Source: Camelus ferus
Lineage: Eukaryota
Direction of reading: 5' to 3'
DNA length: 64,000 nt
Assembly: GCF_009834535.1 (NCBI RefSeq)
Contig: NC_045697.1
Span: 21,082,001-21,146,000 of the forward strand
Shown here piece after piece: positions 25,931 to 38,825 of this stretch; within the stretch, counting starts at the first letter, position 1; each line of letters starts with the position of its first letter. The position numbers and the translations under genes are program-made. Below the pieces are notes generated by a model. The model saw only the letters and a list, made by a program, of their open reading frames with translations. It did not search any database and was not told where the DNA came from.

Positions 25931-28076
25931 TTAAACATTTTTATATTAATTCCATACATCCTTTTGTAAGAATGATATATCACAGTAAAAAAAAAAAGAC
26001 AGATCAGTACAGAAAGTCAAAAACAGGAACTTGGAATGTTTCAGTGAAGAAACATGGAAGAAATTTTAACAACTTATGACAATGAATTAAATACGGTGTC
26101 CCTCCTTCATATCAATGCATCAACTTTTGAAAATAGACATATGTCATCAGCTGGTAAACAATCTTAACTAAAATAGAGCTTGCTGATATTAAAAATATCC
26201 CTACTTCTTCAACTCCCAATTAATCATGCCTTTTCCTCATTATGAGTCATATCTATAACTTCCTGCCCAGCACCCAAACTCAGTTGTACCTAACCACCCA
26301 TCTGGTTCATCTCATGTGATAAAAAGCGACATTGCAGTTTAGAGTCATTTCAATTCTTCCAAAAGTCACCCCTTACCTCTGTCAGAACTTGACTTGTATT
26401 TCAATGAGAATTTTAAAAATGAGGCCATTAAGGATAAGCCACATGGGAAACTTATCCAGATACATACAAGGAATTCAGTATGGTACAACCATATAAATAA
26501 ATCCTTGATCGATTTCAAAGACAATGCATCCAGCTGTGTTTTTGATTCCCCCCACGTAAGACCTCCAAGAAAACAGCCCAAGTCCTTTATTATCTCCCAG
26601 TTCTCCTGCATTTTTAGCTTCTCCCTCCTTCTCTCTCTCTCTCTGAAGCTTAACATGTTGTTTTTGTCTAATTTGAAAGGAAAAAAAAAATCCACATCCT
26701 GAAACAAGCATGCCTTCCCAGCTGTTACCCAAGATCTCCTTGGCTCATTTGTTTGCCACTATATGCTCAGATCCTAGAACAGTAACTGGCACTGGAAAAT
26801 TATTTGCTAAATGTGTGTTATTGATTCTTTTTCAAAGTCATGCTTCATCAAAGAATACTCTGCTTTGGCTGCCTTCCCTTTCCCTTTTCCCATTCACTCC
26901 CACTCAATAGTATCAACACTCTAATCAAAACAGTTTCTCCTTCTTTGTCATCATAGTGAATGGTACCTCACAGACTTCCCAAATTATCCTTTCCTTCATG
27001 ATCCATGACCCCCACTATCAGTCATCGCATACCAAGACTGATTTACATATTTTGCATGTTTCATATATGATTTCTCCTCTCCAGTTCATAAATTTTATGA
27101 CCCTATTCTTTCTCAGCTGGATAAATACCTCTTTTGATTCATTTTGTATCTTACTAGCCTTACTCTGTTCATTTTACATACTGCTATTAAAGTTGCTAAG
27201 ATTCAAATCATCCTGAATCAAATACTTAAGTGGCTCAGCATGTTTAATGATAAAAAAAACTAAGCATTAGCATGTTGTGGAAAGCTGCTAGTTAGTTAAT
27301 TTTGTCCAATTTCTCTAAATACATCTTCACATTCTTTTCTCAATTTAATCTTTTTGAATCATCCTGATCTTTATTTGCAATGTTTCCTGAAGCTGCAATA
27401 TTCTTTGCTTTGCTCGTAGACCGATCTTCCTAGAACAAGTATCTACTGTTTTCACCAGGAGAACACTTAAACCAATTTCCCGACTCTGGTGAAACATCTA
27501 GAAAACTTTTCCTTTCATTGTACACCCCCATTCCTAGGCACCACCACCCTGATCTAGTGAGAATTTACCATGCTATAATTTGAGACTCCATCTCCATGAG
27601 GGCAGGTGGATAAAGATATACTGAATGAATGATTGAAATGACAGCTTTTTTTTTTTTTTTGTAAAAAAAGAATACGAGAAAGGATTTGGAGGTTGCAAAT
27701 GGGCATATAAATAGTTCACCTTGACTGAAGTTAAGATGATATCAAAGGAAAGGATATGAATGGTAAGATGAAGTAACAATACAAAATCACCTAGAAAAAA
27801 ATTTAGGACTTTTGCTAACGTAATAAGGGATGCTGAATCTGATTCACTAAGATTCTAGGTGAAAAATGAAGAGAGAAAAATGGAGGAACGGTCTGTAGGC
27901 ATCTATGAAGAGTGAGAAAGTCACTTGCATACCTGCTGGCTCAAATGATATGACAGAAAAACAATAGTTACCATTTGAGAGAAACTTAGGGAAAATCGTA
28001 TCCTCAGGAGAGAGACAAGTTTCTGAGCAAGAAAAGCTGAGTACTTTGAAGAAGTTTAAGTATATAAAGAATGTTG

Positions 28077-28518
28077 CTATGAGTCTATTTCTGTTTTGTA
28101 TTTATGCTTTGTGCTTTTTTTTTTTTTAGATTCCACATATGAGCAATCTTGTATGGTATTTTTCTTTCTCTTTCTGGCTTACTTTGCTTAGAATGACATT
28201 CTCCAGGAGCATCCATGTTGCTGCAAATGGTGTTATGTTGTTGGTTTTTATGGCTGAGTAGTATTCCATTGTATAAATATACCACCTCTTCTTTATCCAG
28301 TCATCTATTGATGGACATTTAGGCTGTTTCCATGTCTTGGCTATTGTAAATAGTGCTGCTAGGAACATTGGGGTGCAGGTGTCATCCTGAAGTAGGGTTC
28401 CTTCTGGATATATGCCCAGGAGCGGGATTCCTGGGTCATATGGTAAGTCTATTCCTAGTCTTTTGAGGAATCTCCATACTGTTTTCCACAGTGGCTGCAC
28501 CCAACTGCATTCCCACCA
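28077..28518 (-). mobile_element. Young L1 fragment (ORF2 C-terminus + start of 3'UTR), truncated at both ends
   Basis: ORF 28126..28521 ([41 protein letters not shown]...) is closely similar to 18094-18525; no polyA tail or TSD seen. Confidence 0.93.
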
Positions 28519-30063
28519 CATATCATTATGTTTCTATAGTAATTTGTGTAATGTATCAAGGCAAAAAATTAACTACCTTATGGCTAATTTTTTGCTTTGA
28601 TACATTACAGAAATTGCTATAGAAACATAATGATATGTGGTAGAATTTATCCAGTACAATTATTTGGGATAGCTGAAGCTATGATACGCAAGAGTTTTAT
28701 TCTGCTTACACTCATCATTTTATAGTCTAATTAGGGACTATTATTCTAATTCAATTTTTTTAGCACTTTCAAAAGAAATAATGACTCTAGAAGCTTGCCA
28801 AGAACAATATCCAGAAAGGTGATCCCGACAGCAGTTTATAACACCTTAGCTTTCATTTCCTCTATTAAGATTCTTACATTTTTAAAATCTTCAAATACTT
28901 TTAAGGGTCATTATTCGTCAAAGTAAGGGATAGATACATCTCAGAAAAACTGACTGCAAAGAAATTCCTCCCCTTCCCAAAGTTCTTCTTTTCCATTGGT
29001 TGCTTAAAATGAGGTGACTTCAAAGATAAATAGTGTATATTTTCAATAAAAGTTTTTAAATGATAGTTCTCAAGTTTCAAGATTTTGAAAAATACTAGAC
29101 TCAAAAAAATTATTTGTAGGTACCAACACAGAAATTAGTTGCTATAACAAAATAATTTAATAGTTTATTAAACAAAACAATTTTAAATAATGTAAAATAA
29201 ACATTTAATATTAAAAATACTATTTTCTTCCCATAAAGTAGTTTTCTCAAACATGTGGTATAGAAGAGCCATATAATTAGAAATAGAACTCCACATGATT
29301 TTCACATGCCTGTTTCCTCCAGTTGAGGAGTTCTGTTATAAAGTGTGATGGTAATTATTGTGAAAACTTCTCCCTTTTGGATTGTATAATTTAAATTTTA
29401 ATTCTCTTTGGGTAATATTGTTATAAAGTGTTAACAACGTGGTGTTAATTTACTTTTTAACCTAAAGTTTTGGTAATGTGATTAAAATAAATGTGATTAA
29501 ATGACCAACTTGTTTTACTTAGTCCATATAAATTTACCTACAGAAAATATTTTAATGTTGCAAAAAATTTTGTAATATACTCATTTGGCACTTAAAATGT
29601 AGCCTCTGTTCATAAAGCACATGGTATTTATTTCTGTAAACAGTCGAGGAAGCATTATTGCAATTCACTTGCTGAAATTTATAAACAAAGATGATTGATT
29701 CTGAATACCTTGAGAAAAGAAATATCAGTTACTAATGTTTTCCAGGAAGAACAAAGTCAGAGAGAAATTCATGAGCAGCTGAAATGGAAAAGCACAATTT
29801 TGTGAGAAATAAAATGGCCTCACAAATCAATACCAGGATTTAAGCACTTAGACAAATTTTGAACAATATGAAATACAGATGGAAGCATTGCATAATTATT
29901 AAATTTGGCTTGTAAGAATTGAAGTGGATCTAGAAATATACAAAGCCTTCCTTGAATTAAACTAAGAGTGGTCTTGGCTATAAAAAATTGAGGAATTTTC
30001 CCCTTGTTCATGTACAGGTACATTTTCTTAGTTCTGCCCAGTACCAAGTGAAGCCCTTTAAAT

Positions 30064-30270
30064 CACTGATTCTCAATCTGGGAAAATTATGCTCCTCAGA
30101 GGACATTTAGCAATGTCTGAAGAAATTTTTGTTTATCATAACAGGGTGGGTGGCTACTGGAATCCAGTGGGTAGGGGTCAGGGATACAGCCAAGTATTCT
30201 GCAGTCTATGGAACAGTACCCTACAACAAAGAATTATCAGCGCCAATAGCTCCAAGGATAAGACACCATA
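30064..30270 (+). mobile_element. MER20 (hAT-Charlie non-autonomous DNA transposon)
   Basis: cactgattctcaa...ggacatttagcaatgtctgaaga...gctactggaatccagtgggtagggg...acaacaaagaattatc follows the MER20 consensus as I recall it. Confidence 0.85.
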
Positions 30271-30599
30271 CCTGAAGTGTTTTACTTAGTAATATTGATG
30301 AATAGGTAAATAATGGTCCCAGGAATAACTCATTTTAGTCCACAAATGAGAAGATAGTTACTTCATTCTGCTGATTTCTATTTTTTCAACAGTGTAAGAG
30401 CTTATTACACTATACCTCATTTTCTACCAAATATATGTATATGTTTATGTAAATAACAACATTTATAGTTATAAGAAACTTAATCACCATTTTAATGTGC
30501 ATGGTTTTTAAGTCCTTGCTAGAATCTAACTCCAAACATTTTTATATGTAAGAAAAATGGTAATTTAGTTAAGTGACTTGGAAGAGTAGTGTACAGAGC

Positions 30600-33500
30600 C
30601 ATTTCATTTAATGAAATCATGCAATACATGATCTTTCTTGTTGGCTTTGTTTATTCAGGATGCTACTGAGCTGAATTCACGTTTTTGTGGGAACCAGTAG
30701 TACCTTCCATTTTATTGTAAATATTAGTTCATTGTATGAGTATACCAAAATTTTTCTACCAATTTTCCTGTTGAAGAAAATTTAGATTGTTTCTGATTTT
30801 TGACTAAAGAATAAAGCTGTTATAATAAATATGTATATTTATTACATATATACACACACATAGACACATATTTTCATTTCTCTTCAGGAAGTACCTAAGA
30901 ATGGAATTGCTAGGTCTATAGTAAGTGTGTGTGTGTAACTTGATAAGAAACTGTGAAATCACTTCCCAAAGTGGCTGTAGTATTTGCATTCCACTAGCAA
31001 TATATGAGAGTTCTGATTGCTTTATACCCTTCCCAGCTTCAATTTTAGTCATACTAATGGGTGTATAGTGATATTGCATTGTGATTTTAATTCACTTTTC
31101 TCTAATTATTATTTGAGTATTTTCAAATGCCTACTAGGCATTCATCTCTTCCTCTATAAAAGACTTGTTAAACTTTTAGTCCATTTTTAATTTTGTATGG
31201 GTCTTATTGAACACTTAGTGCATTTTTTATGGCTTTAATACAAGTTCCTTTTCAGGTATAAATAAGGAAAACGTATCTTTCCAGTCTGTATCTTGTCTTG
31301 TCTTTTCTTTAATGATGTCTTTTTTTTCTCTTTCAGAACAGAAGATTTTAATATTAATGGCATCCACATTATTTCTTTTTTTTTTCTTTTTATTTAGTGT
31401 TTTGGATGTCCTAAGAAATTTTTGCCAACCCAGAGATCATCAAGATGTTCTATGTTCCCTTCTAGATGCTTTATCATTTCAATTTTAGCTTTAGGTCTAT
31501 GACCAATTTGGACTTAACTTCTGTATATGATTTGAGATAGTAGTCAAAATCATTATTTTTATTAATATGGATTTCAAGTTGTTCCATATAAAAGTATTTA
31601 ACATTTTTCATCAAGTACTGGTTGAACACATTTATCAGTTGGACAGTGTTGCTCTACTTCTGTTTTCTGAAAGATTATGTAAGGTTGAAACTATAGTCCT
31701 CTTTAGTTTGTAATAGAATTTACTGGTGACAAAATCTATGTTAGGGATTTTCTTTGTAGGAGCCTTTTTATTACAAATATAATTTATTTAATAGATATAG
31801 TGTTGTTGCAAATTTTTATTTCTTATGTTAATTTTGGTAATTTTTATCTTTCAAGGAATTAGTACATTTCACTTTGATTTAAACTTATTGGCATAATTTG
31901 GAAATAACTTTTCCTAATTATTATTTTTAATATATAGAAGATCTGTAGTAATGTCTCTTATTTCAGATACTACTAATCTCTATTTTAATTTATATTTTAT
32001 AAATATAGATATAAATTTAAGTTTTTTAAAAAATAACTTTTAGTTTTATTTTTTCCTTTTTTTATTACATTTAGTTTTTTGTTAAGTTGTAGTCCACTGG
32101 CCACAGATTATTTGATGTTTGTTTGCCTTTATTTTTTAAGTATATTTTTATAGAATATAGAATGTCACAGTCACATTTCTTTCACTCAACATTTTGAAAA
32201 TTTTATTCCATTGTCTTCTTGTGGTATTATTTCTTCACTCAAATGTAATACAACATTTTGTTTGTTTATTTCTGTCGACTTTTAAATTTCTTCTTATTAC
32301 CACTAGTTTAAAATAACTTGATTATGATCAGTCTTGATGTTTAACTGTTGTTATCTTAAATGATGTTATCTTTACATTTACTATGTATGCATTTTTGAGT
32401 TTCTTGAATCTTCTAGTTTATATTTTTAGTGAATTTTAGCAATTATTTATTTAAATATTTTCCTGCTCCTCTTTTTTCAGTAGGTAAAATTGTATTCATA
32501 GTTTACTGTTTCTTATTTTCTCATAGGTCACTCAAGTTCTGCCAACTTTTATTCAATATATATATTTTTTTCTGTGCTCCACTTTATATGTCTTCTTTTA
32601 CATTCTTTTCAAATTTACTTATCTATAGTTTATAGTGTCTAATTTTCTGTTAAATGCAAATTGTGAATTTTTCTTTTCAGGTATTTTATTTTTCAGTTAC
32701 AAAAATTGAAAAAAATTACTTTATATTTCTCTCTGCATTATATTCATGTCATTATAATTCTTGAATGTATTCACAGCAATTATTTTAAAGTTCTTTCATG
32801 TTAATTTGATCATATTTGCTACTTTTAAATCTATTTCTATTAACTCATTTTCTTCTCATTTTAGATCTATTTTTCCTGCCTAAAAATATAATAATTTTTA
32901 AATGGAATGGATAGTATGACCACTACAGTGTTAATTAAGCACATAGGTTTTCTTTTTTTCAAATTGTTGAGTTTTGTTTACACAGATAATTAATTTAGTC
33001 ATGGGTCAGCTTCATCATTTTGAGAATTGTTTTTAAACATTCTTAACTTAAAATCAGAGTAGGGAGTTTACCCTGGGGCTCTACTGTGAAGAAATGGCCT
33101 TTCTGGTGTTCCTGATGAATGTGTTAACTGTTCAGTTACGTCTACCTACCCTAGGTAGTCAGAGTCTGAACATTTCTTGTTTATGTATGAACCCTGATAG
33201 ATCTTCAGCTTACAGCTCCTTGGTAGTTACTGATTTCCCAGTTGTTCTTTTATCATCTTATTGGATATTCTCCCTACGCGTGCACAACTTCATATTCAGC
33301 CAGATCCAAGGGGACACATACATGTTTCTGGAGCGCTTTATCTGAAATTTTATACAAATCAGTTTCCACTACAATGCCCTGCAAATTTCAGCCAGCTCAT
33401 CCTCCCCTCCCTGAAATACAATCTCCTCTTCTTGCCTAAAAAGGTTTTCAAGATTTGCTTAGTTCGTTTTTGCCTGTACTATGTTTTTGAACGTTCTTTC

Positions 33501-33660
33501 AGACAGAGGGCCAGGTTGATTGTAGGGTTCACCTTGCTTATTTTTCTCCTCTCAGTGTCGTAATTCTGCTTTGCTGCTTTTTTAACTTCTGAAAGAGTTC
33601 TATGTATTTTGCCTAATTTCTAGTCTTTTTTTAATGGAAAACTGTTTTCAGTTACTTCAT
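30600..33660 (-). mobile_element. Old L1M (L1MC/ME-like) fragments, antisense
   Basis: ORF 30804..31079 has QYHYTPISMTKI and ELSYIASG..LQPLWE (ORF2 C-terminus); strongly T-rich + strand continues to a probable 5'-region remnant near 33.1-33.6 kb. Confidence 0.7.
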
Positions 33661-35859
33661 CATGACTAAACTCCTGAACACATAACTTAAAACATGAAGA
33701 AAATCTTAAATAATATTATGTAGGAGTTATGCTAAGTTATTTAAAATATTGTTTCATTTTATCCTGGAAAACACCCCAGGAGATTTTATCATTCTCATTT
33801 TTCAAATAAAGGAGCAAAAAGGAAGACAGGTTTAATGATACCTAGATGGTAGATAATTCCAGAAAAGCTTTATTCAGAACTAGATCAGTGGAAGGGAAAG
33901 GAAAAGAAGAGCATAAACAAAGCTGCATAAGAACATGATTTCATGGAGTTCTGAAGATTAACCTTGTTTTCTCAAGCAGAGGATTCAAAAATAGGACTTA
34001 CATAAGGGAGAGGTATATGCTACTTAGTCTATGGAAAGCCTAGAATACCAGCTTAAGGAGTATATATTTTATCGTATAAACAATACAAAAAAAACCATTA
34101 AGGGATCTTTCTGATACTCCTCTGTATAATTTGTTTACTCACTTAAATTGGAAGTAGATTTTGTATATTCATTTCAGCTCTGGGGAAGGAAAATATACAT
34201 GCCCACTGCCAGCTTTCATCATTGCTGGGATATGTTATTTACTGGCTGATTCACCAAGAATTCTGGCAATAATAGTTCGAGAAAAACGCAGGCTGTTACA
34301 AATTAGAAGTTTTATCTCTCTAGAGTATATGTCCTCTTGTACTGCTTTTTATTATCAGAGAAAAATTGGCAATATTGCAAGCAGGTAATACTTCAGAATA
34401 TGCTAACTGTGGTTCAAATCATTAGAAAATATATAATCAGACTGGATAAAGTCTCTGTTTTGCATTATCATAAATTGATTCTACACATTATTATATAGAA
34501 AAAACTCTAGGTATTTTCATTATCAAAGGATAAGGAGAAATTAAATGTCTTCATGATGTCTTAGCTTGTCTAGGGACACAAATATATTGCTTTCAGTCAT
34601 ATGGCAAATGTAGAAGCCAACTGAGCACAGCAGCCACAAGAGAGCCATTTTATTTTGAAACTGAATGTTGTCCAGAATACTGGGTAAAAATCTCAGCTCT
34701 GCTAAACCCCTAAGGTGTTTAACGTGAAATGAGTGTTTCATTACCAATTCAGATAAGCATAAAAGATAGAAATTTATTAGCTCTCTGGAGGTGTTTGTAT
34801 TCCAAAAAGATTTCATAATAGCTATGATGATGGCTGAGAAGTGACAAAAACACTTATGGATTTTTTTGCTTTAAAGTGTATGCACAGTTTTACTATCATA
34901 CTTTTGAGGAATAAATAACTTAGCCTGTGAAGGCATCCAAAGTGTACAGGTTATACCAATTTTAATTTTTCTTATTAAATCTCTCATTTGTTGTTGTTTA
35001 AGTGTTAAAATGTCCCCACTTGGCATCTCTTATGACATTTAACACATTTTACATCTTTAAAATCATCCACAATATGCAGCTCAGTTGTTGGGAAGGACAT
35101 TTGAATTTTTGCAGAAGAAAAATAAGAAAATAAATCCTTTACCTACTAAAAAGGAACCAATTACTGAACGAGATGTTGTGATACTCTTTTGTTTTTTCCT
35201 ACACGGTCAATACAACTTCGGTGGGACATCATTTATTTGGCTGTATAAAGGAGGCACACGAAATTGATTAGCTGTTTTGCAATGGCCTTTGTGCTTTGGA
35301 AACTGTCAATAAGTGACCATTTTAGACATTGGCATGAGAAACCACAAGGCGCTTTCATTTGTTTGTCTGTCTAGTTGATGCTTGAACAGCTGGAGTGTCT
35401 TTTAGTGATTCTCTTTTTCCGATGATAGCATAGCAATACAACCCTATTTTCTGGGCCTGATTCAAATCACCATGCTTTAATTTCACAAAGACTAATAATT
35501 TGACTATGTAGATTAGACAGCCACTGGTGCCTTAGCAGTACATTTATAGCAAGCAATCATAGCCCCAAATCTTCCAGATGTCTACAAACCTGTACTGCTG
35601 TGTGGTGATATTAACTCCTTTGTCATTTGAGTTTACCTCGATTTTGTTCTTTCTTGAAATTGAAGTGCTTTGGAATTAGGAATTTTAAGCAGGGATGTGG
35701 CAAATTAAAGTCTTCTGCATGAGAAATATATTTGTGTTTTTACCATTTTTTATTCTATTTCAGTGAAGTCAATACTTGTAATCAGGTCTTGTTTAGCATA
35801 ATGAGCTCTGAATAGGCCCTCTGGTCAGATGACATCACTGCAAGTGGATGAGATGTGAC

Positions 35860-36010
35860 TTTCATTTTTAGCTCCACTAGAACTTGCTTGGTGACCTTGA
35901 ACAAGCTACTTAACCTCTCATTGACTTATTTTTATTACCTACAAATTGGATATAATAGGTTCAGCCTCCCTCATATCGTACTGGAGGATAGTTAACATAA
36001 TGTTTTAAAA
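35860..36010 (+). mobile_element. MIR fragment
   Basis: gctccactag...gtgaccttgaacaagctacttaacctctc core motif. Confidence 0.65.
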
Positions 36011-38145
36011 ATGCCCTTGGCCCCCGAGGATCCCTGCTCTAAAACAGCAGTTGTATTGGAAATCTGACCCTTGACCATCTTTGCAACCTTTAAATTGCAT
36101 CACTTATGCACATTGTCACGTCTAGCCTTTGCTCCTTAGATTGATCTTAGTCCATTTTAATCTTAAAAGCATCTCTTTAATATTCTTGGTCCATTTAAAA
36201 TTACCTTTCAGTGAAACATGCAGTTCATGATAAGTGATTTGCAAACCCTAGAGAAATTAAAGATTTTTTATGAAAAATAGCAACTCTAGAGATTTTGAAA
36301 AAAATTAAGCATTGAATTAAAAATAGATGAAGCAAATTGATAAAATTATTTGATTTCAGTGATTGTATGGTAGATATTATAAACTCTTCTTTCCAAGGTG
36401 CACTGATGAAAACTTCCACCTTCAAATGTTTGGTTAGTAGTTGAAAGAACTCTTTTAAACCCTTGAAAATAATCTCTCTCCTTCATCTCACTTATGGCAC
36501 ATCATTAACTGCAGCATAATTTGCTTGTATCTATCCTACATTTAGTATAATTTCTTTTCTTATTTCCACCATGGTCACATTTCTTACTAACCAAAGTGCT
36601 GAGATTTGCTACCATGACTTCTTTGTGGATCATACTTATATCTACTTCCTTTCTGTTGTCTAAAGATATGTTTCTCTGTCAGTCTAGCCTCAAGTTCACT
36701 GAAAACAGTGACAAGATCAATCAGAGTTTTTTTTTTATTCATCTCCTTTCTTTGTTCTCATTCTCTACATTTAAGTTATCCAAAGAACATAATTTTTATT
36801 TTTTCCTCTATGTTTTTCCATTTGGTCATGGGCAAAAACAGTGCAGACCAGCAATATTTTCCAGTCAAGTGGATTTTATTAATTGATTTATTCAGTCACA
36901 GTGAAAGTACTCAGTTGAAATGGTACTATGGTATTATTTGAAAATGGTGATAACATGTTTTTATACACTTTCCTTGTCTATTTTTAATTAAATCATATAA
37001 AATGTCCAATATACTTCTATTAAGTTAACTTTTGGTCACTTCTTCAGATTAAAGGCACAAAATATCATGCTTTAGCATATTCCAGAGAATGCACTGACAG
37101 ATCTGAAAACAATTTTTTAAATGGACTTATAAATCCTTTTTTTCAAATAATTATGAGGAATGCCTTAATATGGACATTGAAATTAAAGCTACAAGATCTC
37201 AAAGGATTTTAGCTTAGCAGATATTTCATTGGGAAACTTCAAGTTCGGGGCTGTAGTCTATTTCTTCTGATTCCATTTAATCTGGAAACTTCCCTCTGAC
37301 CATTTGTTATGGAAGTCCTGTTTCATCAATCTCTGCACAGCATCAAGGAGTCTGTCACAAGTATTAGGTACCTGTAGAAGGTATTTTGCATGGCAGATAT
37401 TGGAAGAAAATTGTTCTTATTTACAGCATTACACATTTCTGTGAAGTAACATGTTAGGGTGAGATTATTTACAGCCTAGAAATGGTTGATGAAACCAGTA
37501 TACACAGAGTAGAGAGCAGATGGTATAAAAAAGCTCTGATTTATGAAAGTGATGAGTTCAACGAATGGTGATACGTGTGATGTATAGAGTAGAACAGGGC
37601 AATAAAGAATCAGTGAATGAAACAAAACTGTTCAGAACAAGATATTATTAGTTCAAACAGATTCTATATGAATACTAATTATAACCTTGGGTGTAAATTT
37701 ACCCTGTAACAGATAACCTCTGCCACCTGTGTGTTTCTTTCCCATACTTTTCAACTGTTACTACAAGCAAAGTAAGTAGGGGACTATAAAATTATCCTCC
37801 AGATCATCATTTGGGGGGTTTATGATTTAGATAAAAAAAGGATATTTTATAATAAAATTTTGGAAAACAAGTCATATTTAGATAAGAACAAGTCTTACCT
37901 GAAAGGGGAAAACTGAGAGGGGTTTAGGCAATTTCAGTGAGTATACACAGCAGATTCAACACATATTATGTTTCTCTGACATTCATAAAGTCTTGATAAT
38001 TCATTTATAAGCTATGTTGTTTTTGACTATGAGACAATCAGACTAAAACAACTTACAAAAAAAAAAAGGAATTTATTACAGTTCATAGCAGGAAAACAGG
38101 AGGAAAGGTAGGTCCAGATTTACTCAATTCTAGACCTGAGTTAAG

Positions 38146-38825
38146 CCATTCATTCATTCAACAGATATTTCTTGATGTCCTAATAGATCTCAGGCCCTGT
38201 TCCGGGCACTGATACTTTCAGTATACTATGCTAAAATAGCTGCAAATATTTCATATCCTGCCCCCCCACAATGTGAGATAATGCCTAATTTCCATAAACT
38301 TGAATGTTAGCTGGTCTGTTACAAGACTTTTGCACAAGTGATGGTTTGGAACTTCCAGGAAAATGGTGTAAGAATCCTTGAAGCATCCACCTAGGATTCT
38401 TAGAATGTTTATTCTCAGCATAGTTTCTTTTGGAATGCAGTTTCCGTACTGTGAGATGTCCAGACCGTGTGGAGAAGCAACAAGGAGGCATTCCCATTAA
38501 TATTCCACGCTGAGCCTGCAGCGGACTTTCAGCAACATGAGTTTGTAGTTGACTCCAATTCCAACTGGTTTTTGACTGTACCATATAAGAGATGTCTAGT
38601 AAAAACCAATCATTTAAGCCCAGACATCCCAAAAAACTATGAGAGAAAACAATAAAATATCATTTTACTTACTAAGTCTTGGGGGTGTGTCATGCTACCA
38701 TAACCATATACATGCAATGAACAATACAGATATAAATCCCTATACTTGTCTAGCTTATAGTCTCATTGGGGAGGCAGAAACCATGCAAGATACATAAATA
38801 GGTTACGTATTTTTAAATGTCAGAT
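38146..38825 (-). mobile_element. L2 3' fragment, split by an MLT1-type LTR
   Basis: cattcattcattcaacagatattt...gggcactg at the left; tagcttatagtctcattggggaggcaga resumes after the LTR. Confidence 0.65.
38222..38712 (+). mobile_element. Older MaLR LTR (MLT1F/G/H-like)
   Basis: aaaatagctgcaaat...tgtgagatgtccagacc...ataaaatatcattttacttactaagtcttggggg...catgctaccataaccatataca-type termini. Confidence 0.65.
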
